64,000 nt of DNA from Phyllobates terribilis. Lineage: Eukaryota. The first letter of the stretch is position 1. Each line of letters opens with the position of its first letter. A program made the translations under genes and the position numbers. This document shows positions 39,116 to 50,384 of this stretch, piece after piece. The notes below the pieces were generated by a model, which ran no database searches, was not told where the DNA came from, and saw only the letters and a program-made list of their open reading frames with translations. The stretch is from the NCBI RefSeq assembly GCF_046119375.1, contig NW_027362762.1, forward strand, positions 29,450,001-29,514,000, written 5' to 3'.

Positions 39116-39252
39116 TTCCCCCCTAGTAAATTTCAGTACTCCAGGACTGAACATATTTTGCAAAAGTAGAATGGATAACAATATACAATACATCAGGGGT
39201 CTCAAACACGCGGCCCGCGGGCCGCATGCGGCCCCTGAGGCTGCTTTATGCG

Positions 39253-39585
39253 GCCCGCAGGCACAGACCCCTTGACGATCCCGACCTGGTCCAGGAGGAG
39301 CCGCCGACAGCAGCGCTGCATTGCCGCACAGAGACTGTCTCCCAGAACAGCATTTCCAATGCCAGCCGCCGGCCAATCAGAGGCCAGCAGCTGATATCTG
39401 CGTGTCGGCGCAGCGAGTATGACGTCATTGCCATATGCAGATGTCAGCTGCTGGCCTCTGATTGGCCGGCGGCTGGCATTGGAAATGCAGTGCTGGGAGA
39501 CCGTCTCTGTGCGGCAATGCAGCGCTGCTGTCGGCGGCTCCTCCTGGACCAGGTCGGGATCGTCAAGGGGTCTGTGCCTGCGGGC
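39253..39585. repeat. Inverted repeat, 149-bp arms and 35-bp spacer
   Basis: 39253-39401 is the reverse complement of 39437-39585 with about 4-5 mismatches. Confidence 0.93.
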
Positions 39586-39684
39586 CACATCTGCAGGAAG
39601 GACGCCGAGGGAATGGAGGACAGGTGAGAATCATCTTTTTTTTTTTCTATTTTATGTGTGTGAAGAACAACACAGGGGGCACAG

Positions 39685-41670
39685 AGCCACAACATGGGGA
39701 CCTGGATGGGGCACATAGCCACAGGATGGGGACCTGGATGGGGCACATAGCCACAGGATGGGGACCTGGATGGGGCACATAGCCACAGGATGGGGACCTG
39801 GATGGGGCACATAGCCACAGGATGGGGACCTGGATGGGGCACATAGCCACAAGATGGGGACCTGGATGGGGCACATAGCCACAAGAGGGGACCTGGATGG
39901 GGCACATAGCCACAAGAGGGGACCTGGATGGGGCACATAGCCACAAGATGGGGACCTGGATGGGGCACATAGCCACAAGATGGGGACCTGGATGGGGCAC
40001 ATAGCCACAAGAGGGGACCTGGATGGGGCACATAGCCACAAGAGGGGACCTGGATGGGGCACATAGCCACAAGAGGGGACCTGGATGGGGCACATAGCCA
40101 CAAGAGGGGACCTGGATGGGGCACATAGCCACAGGATGGGGACCTGGATGGGGCACATAGCCACAGGATGGGGACCTGGATGGGGCACATAGCCACAGGA
40201 TGGGGACCTGGATGGGGCACAGAGCCACAAGAGGGGACCTGGATGGGGACCTGGATGGGGCACATAGCCACAAGAGGGGACCTGGATGGGGCACATAGCC
40301 ACAAGATGGAGACCTGGATGGGGCACATAGTCACAAGATGGGGACCTGGATGGGGCACAGAGCCACAAGATGGGGACCTGGATGGGGCACAGAGCCACAA
40401 GATGGGGACCAGAGCCACAACATGGGGACCTGGATGGGGCACATAGCCACAGGATGGGGACCTGGATGGGGCACATAGCCACAAGAGGGGACCTGGATGG
40501 GGCACATAGCCACAAGATGTGGACCTGGATGGGGCACATAGCCACAAGATGTGGACCTGGATGGGGCACATAGCCACAAGATGGGGACCTGGATGGGGCA
40601 CAGAGCCACAAGATGGGGACCTGGATGGGGCACAGAGCCACAAGATGGGGACCTGGATGGGGCACAGAGCCACAGGATGGGGACCTGGATGGGGCACATA
40701 GCCACAAGAGGGGACCTGGATGGGGCACATAGCCACAAGATGGGGACCTGGATGGGGCACATAGCCACAAGATGGGGACCTGGATGGGGCACATAGCCAC
40801 AAGATGGGGACCTGGATGGGGCACATAGCCACAGGATGGGGACCTGGATGGGGCACAGAGCCTCAAGATGTGGACCTGGATGGGGCACAGAGCCACAAGA
40901 TGTGGACCTGGATGGGGCACATAGCCACAAGATGGGGACCTGGATGGGGCACAGAGCCACAAGATGGGGACCAGAGCCACAAGATGGGGACCTGGATGGG
41001 GCACATAGCCACAAGATGGGGACCTGGATGGGGCACATAGCCACAGGATGGGGACCTGGATGGGGCACATAGCCACAGGATGGGGACCTGGATGGGGCAC
41101 ATAGCCACAGGATGGGGACCTGGATGGGGCACATAGCCACAAGATGGGGACCTGGATGGGGCACATAGCCACAAGATGGGGACCTGGATGGGGCACAGAG
41201 CCACAAGATGGGGACCTGGATGGGGCACAGAGCCACAAGATGGGGACCTGGATGGGGCACAGAGCCACAAGATGGGGACCTGGATGGGGCACAGAGCCAC
41301 AAGATGGGGACCTGGATGGGGCACAGAGCCACAAGATGGGGACCTGGATGGGGCACAGAGCCACAAGATGGGGACCTGGATGGGGCACAGAGCCACAAGA
41401 TGGGGACCTGGATGGGGCACAGAGCCACAAGATGGGGACCTGGATGGGGCACAGAGCCACAAGATGGGGACCAGAGCCACAAGATGGGGACCTGGATGGG
41501 GAACATTGCCACAGGATGGGGACCTGGATGGGGCACATAGCCCCAAGATGGGGACCTGGATGAGGCACATTAGTACAAGATGGGCGCCAGGATGGGGAAC
41601 GTTGCTACAGGATGGGGACCTGGATGGGGCACATTAGTACAAGATGGGGACTTGGATGGGGAACATTACT
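39685..41670. repeat. 32-bp G-rich minisatellite, about 60 copies
   Basis: Unit ATGGGGACCTGGATGGGGCACATAGCCACAAG, with 31-bp and 19-bp variants; decays at the right end. Confidence 0.96.
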
Positions 41671-42403
41671 ACAAGATGTTTTCCATTATTACTATATGAT
41701 GCTAATTGTAAGACAATATTACTGTATGTGGCCAATTGGGGGAAATAAAATTGTAAAAAAAATAAAAAAATAAAATAAAGCATGAAAAAATATTGGGCAC
41801 TAAAAATGCTGTTTTATATGTAAACTAAAGTAAACACAAAAAAGTGCACGTTTATTATCGCCACATCCATAACGACCCAAGCCATAAAAAAATAAACACG
41901 GCAAAAATGTTCAAAAGGTGTATACAAAAAAAATGGTATCACTAAAAATGTCACATTGAACAAAGAATGCGGCCCCCCAAATTCAAATTTTTTCCATGTG
42001 TGGCCCATATACCCAGCCGAGTTTGAGACCCCTGCAATACATGAACATTAGAATAGTACAAACACTACAGTCTTTATAGGTCACGGTATCGTCCGTAACC
42101 AAGTGTCCATTCCACTGAAGATGTAGTTTGAGGGACCCGTCCCAAACCCTCCACGGAGGCCCTGGGGTGGCTACAGGGCATTGATGATCCGGATGTTGGA
42201 CCACGTCTTCAGCCACCTCCAAGGGGTTTTTGTTCTGTGGTCTGGCACAAAAGGGGCACTTTGCAGGTGCAACTATTTACAGGCAAAGTTTTTTGTTATC
42301 TATTGTCCATAACCTAGAAAAGTCTCTGAAACCTGTCAGGTAACTGGAAAAACAGGTTAAATGCACACATAAAAAATTTCAACATTACAGTTATACATTA
42401 CAC

Positions 42404-45400
42404 TTAAATTATCCAACGAGCAGGAATTTGACCTCTGGTGCTTCTGGTAGACCTGCATAACACACTGTCTGTCTGTGTTCTACCTTGGTCCACTGTATTT
42501 ACCCCTGGTGTGGTGGGCTCAATGTTCACCTCACTACAGGTGTTTGGAGGTGTCTCTGGTAGGTTGGGCAGCTTCCTATGGATCCTTTGGCTTACCGTGG
42601 GTACGACAGGTTCGCTACTAGCAGAGGGTAGATTCTCCTGGTCTGCTGATGAGGAATCTTCTGTCTCCAGGGCCATTGGTTCTTCCAACTCTACTGGGAC
42701 TTCTACAAATTCTTGAGGGGCTGGTTGGAGAAATGTAAGGACTGGCACAACTATTGTATTATTTACTTGTGTCCATGACCGGGGAAATTCTCCGAGTACT
42801 GTGCTGACCATTTCTTCAACTTCCTCTGTGGGTTGAGGGATATCTTGGCCTTCTTCAGCATGCTGTAGCTGCTCTGGACATTTCTTCAGGTGGTCTCTGG
42901 AAACTGTTGCTGTTGTCTCACCTCCGTCCTTACTTATGAGGCACACCTTGGTGTTATCATGGTTTGAGGGTAGAACGGTGTACAGCTCTTTTTCCCACTG
43001 GTCATCCAACTTGTGGAGTCGCCTCTTCCTCTTTAGGACTTGCTCTCCTTGTGACAAGGGGGGCAGCAGGTGCATGTTGATTGTAAGTCCTCTCTTGCCT
43101 TTCTCTTGCTTGAGACAGAATTCTTTCAACACTTTCCTGTACCTTGCGGTATCGCTGTTGCCGCTCAGTGTCCCACTCCGCATCCGGTGAGGCGTCCTCT
43201 GGTGTCAGAACTCCCATATCCAGGTCGATGGGCAGCTTACCAGGTCTCGCTCGCATCAGGTACGCTGGTGTGCAGTTGGTGGAATTCACTGGGATATGAT
43301 TGTAGAGGTCCACCAGGTCTGGCAACTTTTCTGGCCACAGACTGCGTTCCTCCAGGGGCAATGTCTTCAGTAGGTCTATCACCACCTGGTTCATCTTTTC
43401 ACCCATCCCGTTGGTCTGGGCGTGATAAGGCGTTGTCCTGATCTTCTTGCAGCTGTACAGGTTGCAGAACTCCTGGAATACCTCTGCTTCAAAGGCCGGA
43501 CCTTGGTCAGTTAGCACACGTTCTGGGTAACCATGCGGGCGGCAGAAGTGCTGCTAGAAAGCTCTGGCCGCTGTCTGAGCTGTTTGGTCCTTGACTGGTA
43601 CTACTACAAAGAACTGGGAGAAGTGGTCTACGATGGTGAGAGCGTAGACATAGCCTGACCTGCTTGGGGACAGCTTCACATGGTCCAGGGCTACCAGTTC
43701 GAGTGGCTGCTTGGTGATGATGGGCTGCAGGGGAGCCCTCTGGCTGGCACGGTCTTTCCTTCTCAGGTTGCACGGTCCGCAGTCTCGGCACCACCTCTCG
43801 ATTACTCCTCTCATGCCAACCCAATAGAACTGTTCCCGCAGCAGGACTTCCAGCTTTTTCCATCAGAAGTGTCCTGCTCCGTCGTGGGACGCTTCCAAGA
43901 CCATAGACGAGTCCCGCCTCGGGACTACCACCTGCCAGACCAGCTTGTGCATCCGGGAGTTGACAGTTCTTCGACACAGCTTCCCTTAATAGATGAACAG
44001 CTTACTCTTTTCTTTCCACAGCTGTTTGGTCTCCTCTGGAGCATCTGCGTCAGGGTATGAGTCGGCTCGTGTCAGCAACTCTTTGACTAGGTGGACGGCC
44101 GGGTCACTGTCTTGTGTTTCTGCCCATCCGTGATGAGGCAAGGGATTGAACGTGACCTCTTTGGTGGCAGAGTACCTGTCTTTCACACAGTGGGAGCACT
44201 GAGTTATCCCATGACGGTGGAAAGCAGGGATTTCTATCTTGTCCAGTTCTTCTGGATCTTCTCCCCCATCTGGCAAGTTAGGCATCCTGTATAGTGCATC
44301 TGCGTTGGCATTCTTGCACCCAGCCCGGTACTTGATGGTGAATTCATAATTGGAGAGTCGGGCCATCCATCTCTGCTCCAGGGCACCAAGTTTCGCAGTG
44401 TCCAGGTGTGTCAGCGGGTTGCTGTCTGTGAATACGGTGAACTTGGAAGAGGCGAGGTAATGCTTAAAGCGCTCTGTCACTGCCCAAACCACTGCGAGGA
44501 ACTCTAGCTTGAAGGAGCTGTAATTTTCAGGGTTCCTTTCTGTGGGCCAGAGCTTCCTGCTGGCATAAGCGATTACCCACTCTCTGCCCTGCTGGATCTG
44601 GGACAGCACCGCTCCTTGTCCCACGTTGCTCGCGTCCGTGTGGAGGATGAAGGGCTGGCCATAATCTGGGTAAGCCAGGATCTCGTCCCCCGTGAGGGCC
44701 ATTTTCAGCTGGTGGAAGGACTCATCTTCCAGCTTGTCCCATTTGAACGGCGGCTTCTGGTTTTTGGCCTTCCTGGACTGCCCTATCAGGAGGTCCTGCA
44801 TGGGTGCTGCCATCTTGGTGAAGCCTGGAATAAATCTTCGATAGTAGCCTACCAACCCGAGGAACTGCCGCACTTCCTTTACAGTGGAGGGTCTTGGCCA
44901 GTCCTTGATTACTGTGATTTTATCGGGGTCTGGAGCTACACCGTCAGCGCTCCTCACCACGTGCCCCAGGTACTGTACCTTGGGCTTCAGCAGATGACAT
45001 TTTGAGGGTTTCACCTTTAGACCAAAGCCAGCCAGGGCGTCAAACACTTCCGCCAGGTGCTTCAGATGGTCCTCATATGTCTGGGAGTATACAATGATGT
45101 CATCCAGGTACAGCAGGACTGTCTCGAAATTCTTATGTCCCAGACAGCACTCCATCAACCGCTGGAAGGTTCCTGGGGCGTTGCAGAGCCCGAATGGCAT
45201 GCAGATGAACTCGCTGAGGCCCATCGGGGTGGTGAATGCGGTCTTCTCTTTATCCGCCTCTGCTACAGGAACCTGCCAATACCCACTAGTAAGATCCAAA
45301 GTAGAGAAATAGTTAGCAGATTTTAACGCAGCTAAAGATTCCTCTATCCTGGGTAGCGGGTATGCATCTTTGTGTGTTATGCGGTTGATTTTCCTGTAGT

Positions 45401-46609
45401 CTACACACATTCTCATTGTGCCATCCTTTTTCTTTCCAAGAACTAATGGAGCTGCGCAGGGGCTACAACTGTCTCTTATTACCCCAGCCTCCTTCATTTC
45501 TCACAACATCCCTTTGGCATTTTGGTAGTGTGCAGGGGGTACAGGCCGATACCTTTCTTTAATGGGTGGATGGTCTCCCGTGGGGATATGGTGTTGAACC
45601 CCTTTTACCTGCCCGAAGTCAAGTGGATGTTTACTGAAGACCCTTTCGTATTCCTGTACTACCCGGTATACTCCTTGTTTTTGATGTGGAGGGGTGGAGT
45701 CAGTGCCCACATGCAGCTTCTGGCACCAGTCCTCCATCTGTTCCTCGGAGCCATTACCCTCCGCCTGTTTGGATGGAGGTAAGGATTCCACTGTCTTTAT
45801 AGAATTTTGATTGACGGTGAATAGCTTGGCTAGGGTGGCATACCGGGGCAAATGGACTCCTTTTTCCCCAATGTTCAGGATGCGGACTGGCACTCTCCCA
45901 TGGTGGACATCAACCACCCCCTGGCTGTCAAAATGGTGGGCCTACTGTCAGAGTAGACGGGCTCTACCAGGGCCTGGTAATCTCTACCCCTTAGACCAAT
46001 GGCTGCCCGGCACCATATCAACATTTCACTTCTTGGGGGCATGGCAATAGGGAATGGGTCACTCATCCTAACACTGCCAATCTCACCACCAGACAGTTCT
46101 ACCTATTGTCTTTTCATCAGGGCTCTGATCTCTCTTTGTAGACCCCGTTGCTGGCTGGAACTGGCGGTCTCCGCAACCTGCTGTAACAAGACAATTATTT
46201 CTGCAAGACAATTTTCAATGACATTAGTGCCTAAGGTTATCATGGGATGACTTTCTCGGCGATCAATGTCGACAATAATCAGTCCTTGTGCTGGCTGTTC
46301 GACTTTGCCAACTTTTATGGTCACTTCTTTGAACCCCACCTGAGGTACGGGCTGACCATTGCTGGCATGAATGCTCAAATGTTCATCTGGACGGCGGGTG
46401 ATGTCAGAGTCAGTCCAGTACCGTTTGAAAAAAATGTAGGGGATGGTGGTCACCTGGGATCCAGTGTCCAGCAATGCGCTCATTGGAAAGCCGTCCAGCA
46501 CCACAGGTAGGACCGGTCGTCCTCCCACATATTTGTCTCGCCAGCTTGATGGGCCTGGTGGTCTTATGCCTGGGGGTTGGCCCTCTGCCCCAGGTTTTGC
46601 TCGTTTAAA
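42404..46609 (-). pseudogene. pol: Gypsy pol (protease, RT, RNase H, integrase) with several stops and frameshifts
   Basis: LLDTGS protease; MPFGLCNAPGTFQR and YLDDII RT; LHTDAS RNase H; LVALDH, LTDQG and NGMGEKMN integrase; lesions near 46103, 45915, 45501, 43986, 43554 and 43100. Confidence 0.95.
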
Positions 46610-47607
46610 TGACAGTACCTTGCATAATGTCCTGGCTGGTTGCAGCGGCGGCAGATGGGTTGTCTGTCCTGGTCGTAGCGGTCGCTGTTCCTCCCTCTGG
46701 ATGGTGGAATCCTCTTCTGTCGGCGCCACGGGACGTCCTCCGGACTGGAAGCCAGCTGGATCTTTCCTTTGGGAGACACCTGCAAGGACTGTACAGTTTT
46801 GGTTAGCGCAGCTACACTTTTGGTTAACTCTTGGACCTGATGGTGCAGGTCTGTAGACTGGGCATTGTCCAGAGTCTGCGCATCAGCTCCTACAGGCTCC
46901 GAGGAAAAGGGTGCCACCTCCTGGTGGTAGGTGATAGCTGGGCGCCGGTGAGCTGTAGCACCACCTGGTGCTGGTTCCCGTAGCACCCGGATGGCCCTGT
47001 CCTTAAACTGAGCAAAGTCCAAGTTAGGGTTTTGCAGAGCCATTATGCGCAGCTGGGTTCGGTGGGCGCTGGACAGTAAACCCTCAATAAATTGTTCGTT
47101 TAACAGTCTGTTTTCATCTCGCACACTGTCAGGGTCTACCTGTTTGATGGCCCTCAGCGCCTCCTGCAGGTTTAAAGCATAGTCCCGTACACTGTCCTGT
47201 GCCCGTTGTTTGCACCCATTGAACTTCATTTTTATCTCTGCAGTGGTGCGGGTGTCAAAAGTGTCCTTTAGGCGGGCCAGTATCTCTTTCACAGTCCCTT
47301 TTTCTCTGGCTGACCAGGATTTTACCTCTCTCTGGGCTGCACCAATCAACTGGCCTATAAGGATGCTCACTTTCTGCTACTCGGACAGGGGATATACTTT
47401 AAACAGGCTGCTTAGTCTCTCTTTGAAGTCACTCAGGGTGTGCGACTCTCCTGAGTACTGGAGCAGCCACGCCGCTCCCGGGATATAGGGCATTGTGAAT
47501 GGCATCACTACGGCAGCGGCCTCACTGGCGGTGGAAGTTCCCTCCATATCCGAAGTCTTCCTCCCCCCTAGTGAACCGTGGCCTACCTTCCTTCTCTTTT
47601 CCTCCAT
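46564..47607 (-). pseudogene. gag: Gypsy gag (capsid plus CCHC zinc knuckle), one in-frame stop
   Basis: CRRCNQPGHYARYC knuckle; ORFs 47377-47607 and 46564-47370 are in frame across a TAG; true start uncertain. Confidence 0.88.
46569..46609 (-). promoter_or_regulatory. Probable -1 ribosomal frameshift signal (gag-pol)
   Basis: U-UUA-AAC heptamer in gag phase (46603-46609), 8-nt spacer, 7-bp stem CCUGGGG/CCCCAGG; a -1 shift enters the protease frame. Confidence 0.75.
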
Positions 47608-47891
47608 AGGCCGCAGTTCCGCAGGCGATGGTCTCCTTGTAGGACCTGGCGTCGCACGCGTCTGACGTCAGTGCTCGCTGGGGCTCCTTCCAGGACCTGG
47701 CGTTGCATCAGCGCGTGGGGCGGGGCTTCGGACTTCGCGCGTTTCCAGCGATCTCGCCCCTCTTCTTCCCGCGCGGCGACCCGAAAATGGCGGACAATGG
47801 CGGGAAAACGGCGACAGATGGCGGGAAATCTTCACCACGGTATGCGACACAGTCTGTGAAGGCGCGCAGTACCCGGTGGTAGCGGGCACAT

Positions 47892-47910
47892 AATCCTGCC
47901 GACTACGCCA
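47892..47910 (-). promoter_or_regulatory. Primer-binding site complementary to the tRNA-Ser 3' end
   Basis: TGGCGTAGTCGGCAGGATT, 4 nt from the 5' LTR end; complementary to vertebrate tRNA-Ser ...AATCCTGCCGACTACG-CCA. Confidence 0.9.
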
Positions 47911-47914
47911 AAGT

Positions 47915-49876
47915 CGACGCGCCCCCTGGGCCGTGGGGATACCCGGAGGCGGGCCTTGTAGATGCTGGGGGTTGTAGTCACCATGGCGGCGACCCGGTCC
48001 GTGACCCAGGGCGGTCAAACCAGGGTAGTCTATGTGTATCTGGTTTAAATAGTCCGACTACGCCACCTGTGGATTGCGGTTATTGGGAACCGCCGCTGCG
48101 GAGCAGTCCACTGAAGCTGGTGGTGTGTGCAGCAAGGTGATGTGACTCCCCACAGGAAGAGTGGAGCTTCAGGGCAGCGTGTATGGATGATGGTGGTGAT
48201 AGTGTCGGGATCAGTAATGACAACACGGAGTCTTTGCAGTGCAGTCCTAGGGTCTTTACTGGTGATAATTATATAGGCCCCAACGGGAGTACTTTCTAGG
48301 GATGAGGGCCTGGTCAGTCTGGGAGCAATCCTAGAATTCCCCTGGCCAGGTGGAGTTGTAGGCCTGCCGCTCTGACTGTACTCTTAGGCTATCCCACTTA
48401 TAGTCGTGTTGTAGCCCGTGTCCCTGAGTGTGACGTGCTGTGCTCACCCGTATGGCTGGCGACTCAGATCCCGTGTATTTGACACGCCCCCTGGGCAGTG
48501 GGGATACCCGGAGCCGGGTCTTGTAGATGCTGGGGGTAGTAGTCACCGTGGCGGCGACCCGGTCCGTGACCCAAGGCGGTCAAGCCAGTGTAGTCTATGT
48601 GTATCTGGTTTAAATAGTCCGACTACGCCACCTGTGGATTGCGGTCATTGGTAACCTCCGCTGCGGGGCAGTCCGCTGAAGCTGGTGGTGTGCGCAGCAG
48701 GGTGATGTAATTCCCCACAGGTGGAGTGTAGCTTCAGGGCAGCGTGTATGGATGATGGTGGTGATAGTGCCTGAATCAGTAATAATGACATGGAGTCTTT
48801 GCAGTGCAGTCCTGGGGTCTTTACTGGTGACAAGTATATAGGTCCCGACGGGAGTACTTGCTAGGGATGAGGGCCTGGTCAGTCTTGGAGCAATCCTAGA
48901 AGTCCCTTGGCCAGGTGGAGTTGTAGGCCTGCCGTTCTGACTGTACTCTTTTGGCTATCTCGCTTATAGTCGTGTTGTAGCCCACGTCCCTGAGTGTAAC
49001 GTGCTGCTCACCCATATGGCTGGCGACTCGGATCCCGTGTATTCCTCGCTCCTCTGTGGCGGTACTGGTCCTTTCATGTGGCTGAGCCTCCGGGCTTCTG
49101 ATGGGGCCAGGAAACCTGCAATCCCCTGCCCTGCGGTATCTGCTGCTGGGCTTGAAGGGTCCCACAGCCTCGGACTCCGGTGTCTGGTCCTCTGTATCTA
49201 CTCCGGCTAGGACGAGCTCTGCACAGCTCCAGTCCTCAGCTCCTTGCTTCTTAGTGTCCTATCTGGCTCCTGACACTGAACTACACTTAAACTTGACTGG
49301 CTAACCCCGCCTCCAGACTCAGTTATATAGTGCAGGATCCTCCCCTCTCTGGTCTGGAGCAGGAGGTGTTGCATGTCATGTGTCCCTGACCAGGAAACTC
49401 CTGTTTTGCTCCCAGACTTGGTATTACTACCACTGTGGTAACCAGACCCCCTGGGGTGCCACATATTCCTCGCTACTCTGTGGCGGTACTGGTCCTTTCG
49501 TGTGGCTGAGCCTCCGGGCTTCTGTAGGCCAGGAGACCTGCAATCTCCTGCCCTGCGGCATCAGCTGCTGGGCTTGAAGGGTCCCACAGCCTCGGACTCC
49601 GGTGTCGGGTCCTCTGTGTATACTGGCCAGGATGAGCTCTGCACAGCTCCAGTCCCTGGCTTCTTACTCCTGTGTCCTGCTTGACTCCTGAAACTGTCTA
49701 GACTCAGACTGACTAACTCCGCCCCCAGATCCAGTTATATAGGGAAGGATCCTCCCTTTTCTGGTCTGGAGCAGGAGGTGTTGCATGTAGTGTGTTCCTT
49801 GACCAGGAAACTCCTGTTTTGCTCCCAGACATGGTATTACTACCACTATGGCAACCAGACCCCCTGGGATGCCACA
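47915..49876 (-). mobile_element. 5' LTR of the Gypsy element, split into 47915-48479 and 49468-49876
   Basis: The two parts join to reproduce the 3' LTR at CCGTG-TATT-CCTCGC. Confidence 0.92.
48480..49463 (-). mobile_element. Solo LTR of a sister subfamily nested inside the 5' LTR
   Basis: Complete TGTGGCACCCC...GGCGTGTCA unit; 4-bp TSD TATT (48476-48479, 49464-49467); more diverged from the host LTRs than they are from each other. Confidence 0.92.
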
Positions 49877-50159
49877 CTCCTCTCCCAGCTCCTCCTTGTT
49901 TAAGCTCTTCTTTTTTAAAGCTTATCCACAGTCCAATAAAGTCCATTTATCGCCTTTCTATAAAATAGATAAAAACTTGCTGATCACTGGGGTCTGTTTT
50001 TGGCATTACGGGTGATTTCTGGTAGTCCCATAGACAATGAATGGAGTGGAGGCTGAGCAAATGCAGAGCCCTGATCTCAGGATCCCTGGGGGTCTCAGCA
50101 GTCAGACCTCTAGCGTTCTTTAAGTTATTACATATATGATACATAGGGGATAACTTGAT

Positions 50160-50384
50160 TTTTCGTTTATTTTTATGTATTTTACTGACTTATATAGCGC
50201 CATTAATTCCACAGCACTTTACAGACATTATCATCGCTCTCCCTGTTGAGGCTCACAATCTACATTCCCTATCAGTCTTTGAAGTGTGGGAGGAAACTGG
50301 AGAACCCGGTCCTTGGTGGGATTTGAACCCAGGACCCCAGTGCTGCAAGGCTGCTGTGCTAACCACTGAGCCACCGTGCTGTCC
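50160..50384 (-). mobile_element. tRNA-derived SINE with internal deletion
   Basis: Single A-box TGGCTCAGTGG, B-box GGTTCAAATCC, same tail as 2576-2823; much of the central domain is missing. Confidence 0.85.

Larger units (their letters stand above)
39194..42034. mobile_element. Non-autonomous hAT element (MITE-like) carrying a palindrome and a 32-bp array, inserted in the Gypsy 3' UTR
   Basis: 14-bp TIR CAGGGGTCTCAAAC / GTTTGAGACCCCTG; 8-bp TSD CAATACAT (39186-39193, 42035-42042); no transposase. Confidence 0.93.
38148..49876 (-). mobile_element. Full-length Ty3/Gypsy LTR retrotransposon, inactivated
   Basis: Paired LTRs, tRNA-Ser PBS, polypurine tract AGGGGGGAA (39116-39124), gag-PR-RT-RH-IN order; probable TSD CTCC (38143-38146, 49877-49880); LTR-LTR difference about 3% by eye. 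Confidence 0.95.

Noticed and set aside
39444-41637. Cys/Pro/His-rich ORFs
   Set aside because: These are translations of the 32-bp minisatellite inside a non-coding MITE.
39116-42403. env-like third ORF in the long Gypsy 3' region
   Set aside because: The length is explained by the 2.84-kb MITE insertion; no signal peptide or transmembrane ORF is present.
47892-47910. tRNA-Ser gene fragment
   Set aside because: It has only 19 nt including CCA, next to the LTR end; this is the PBS.
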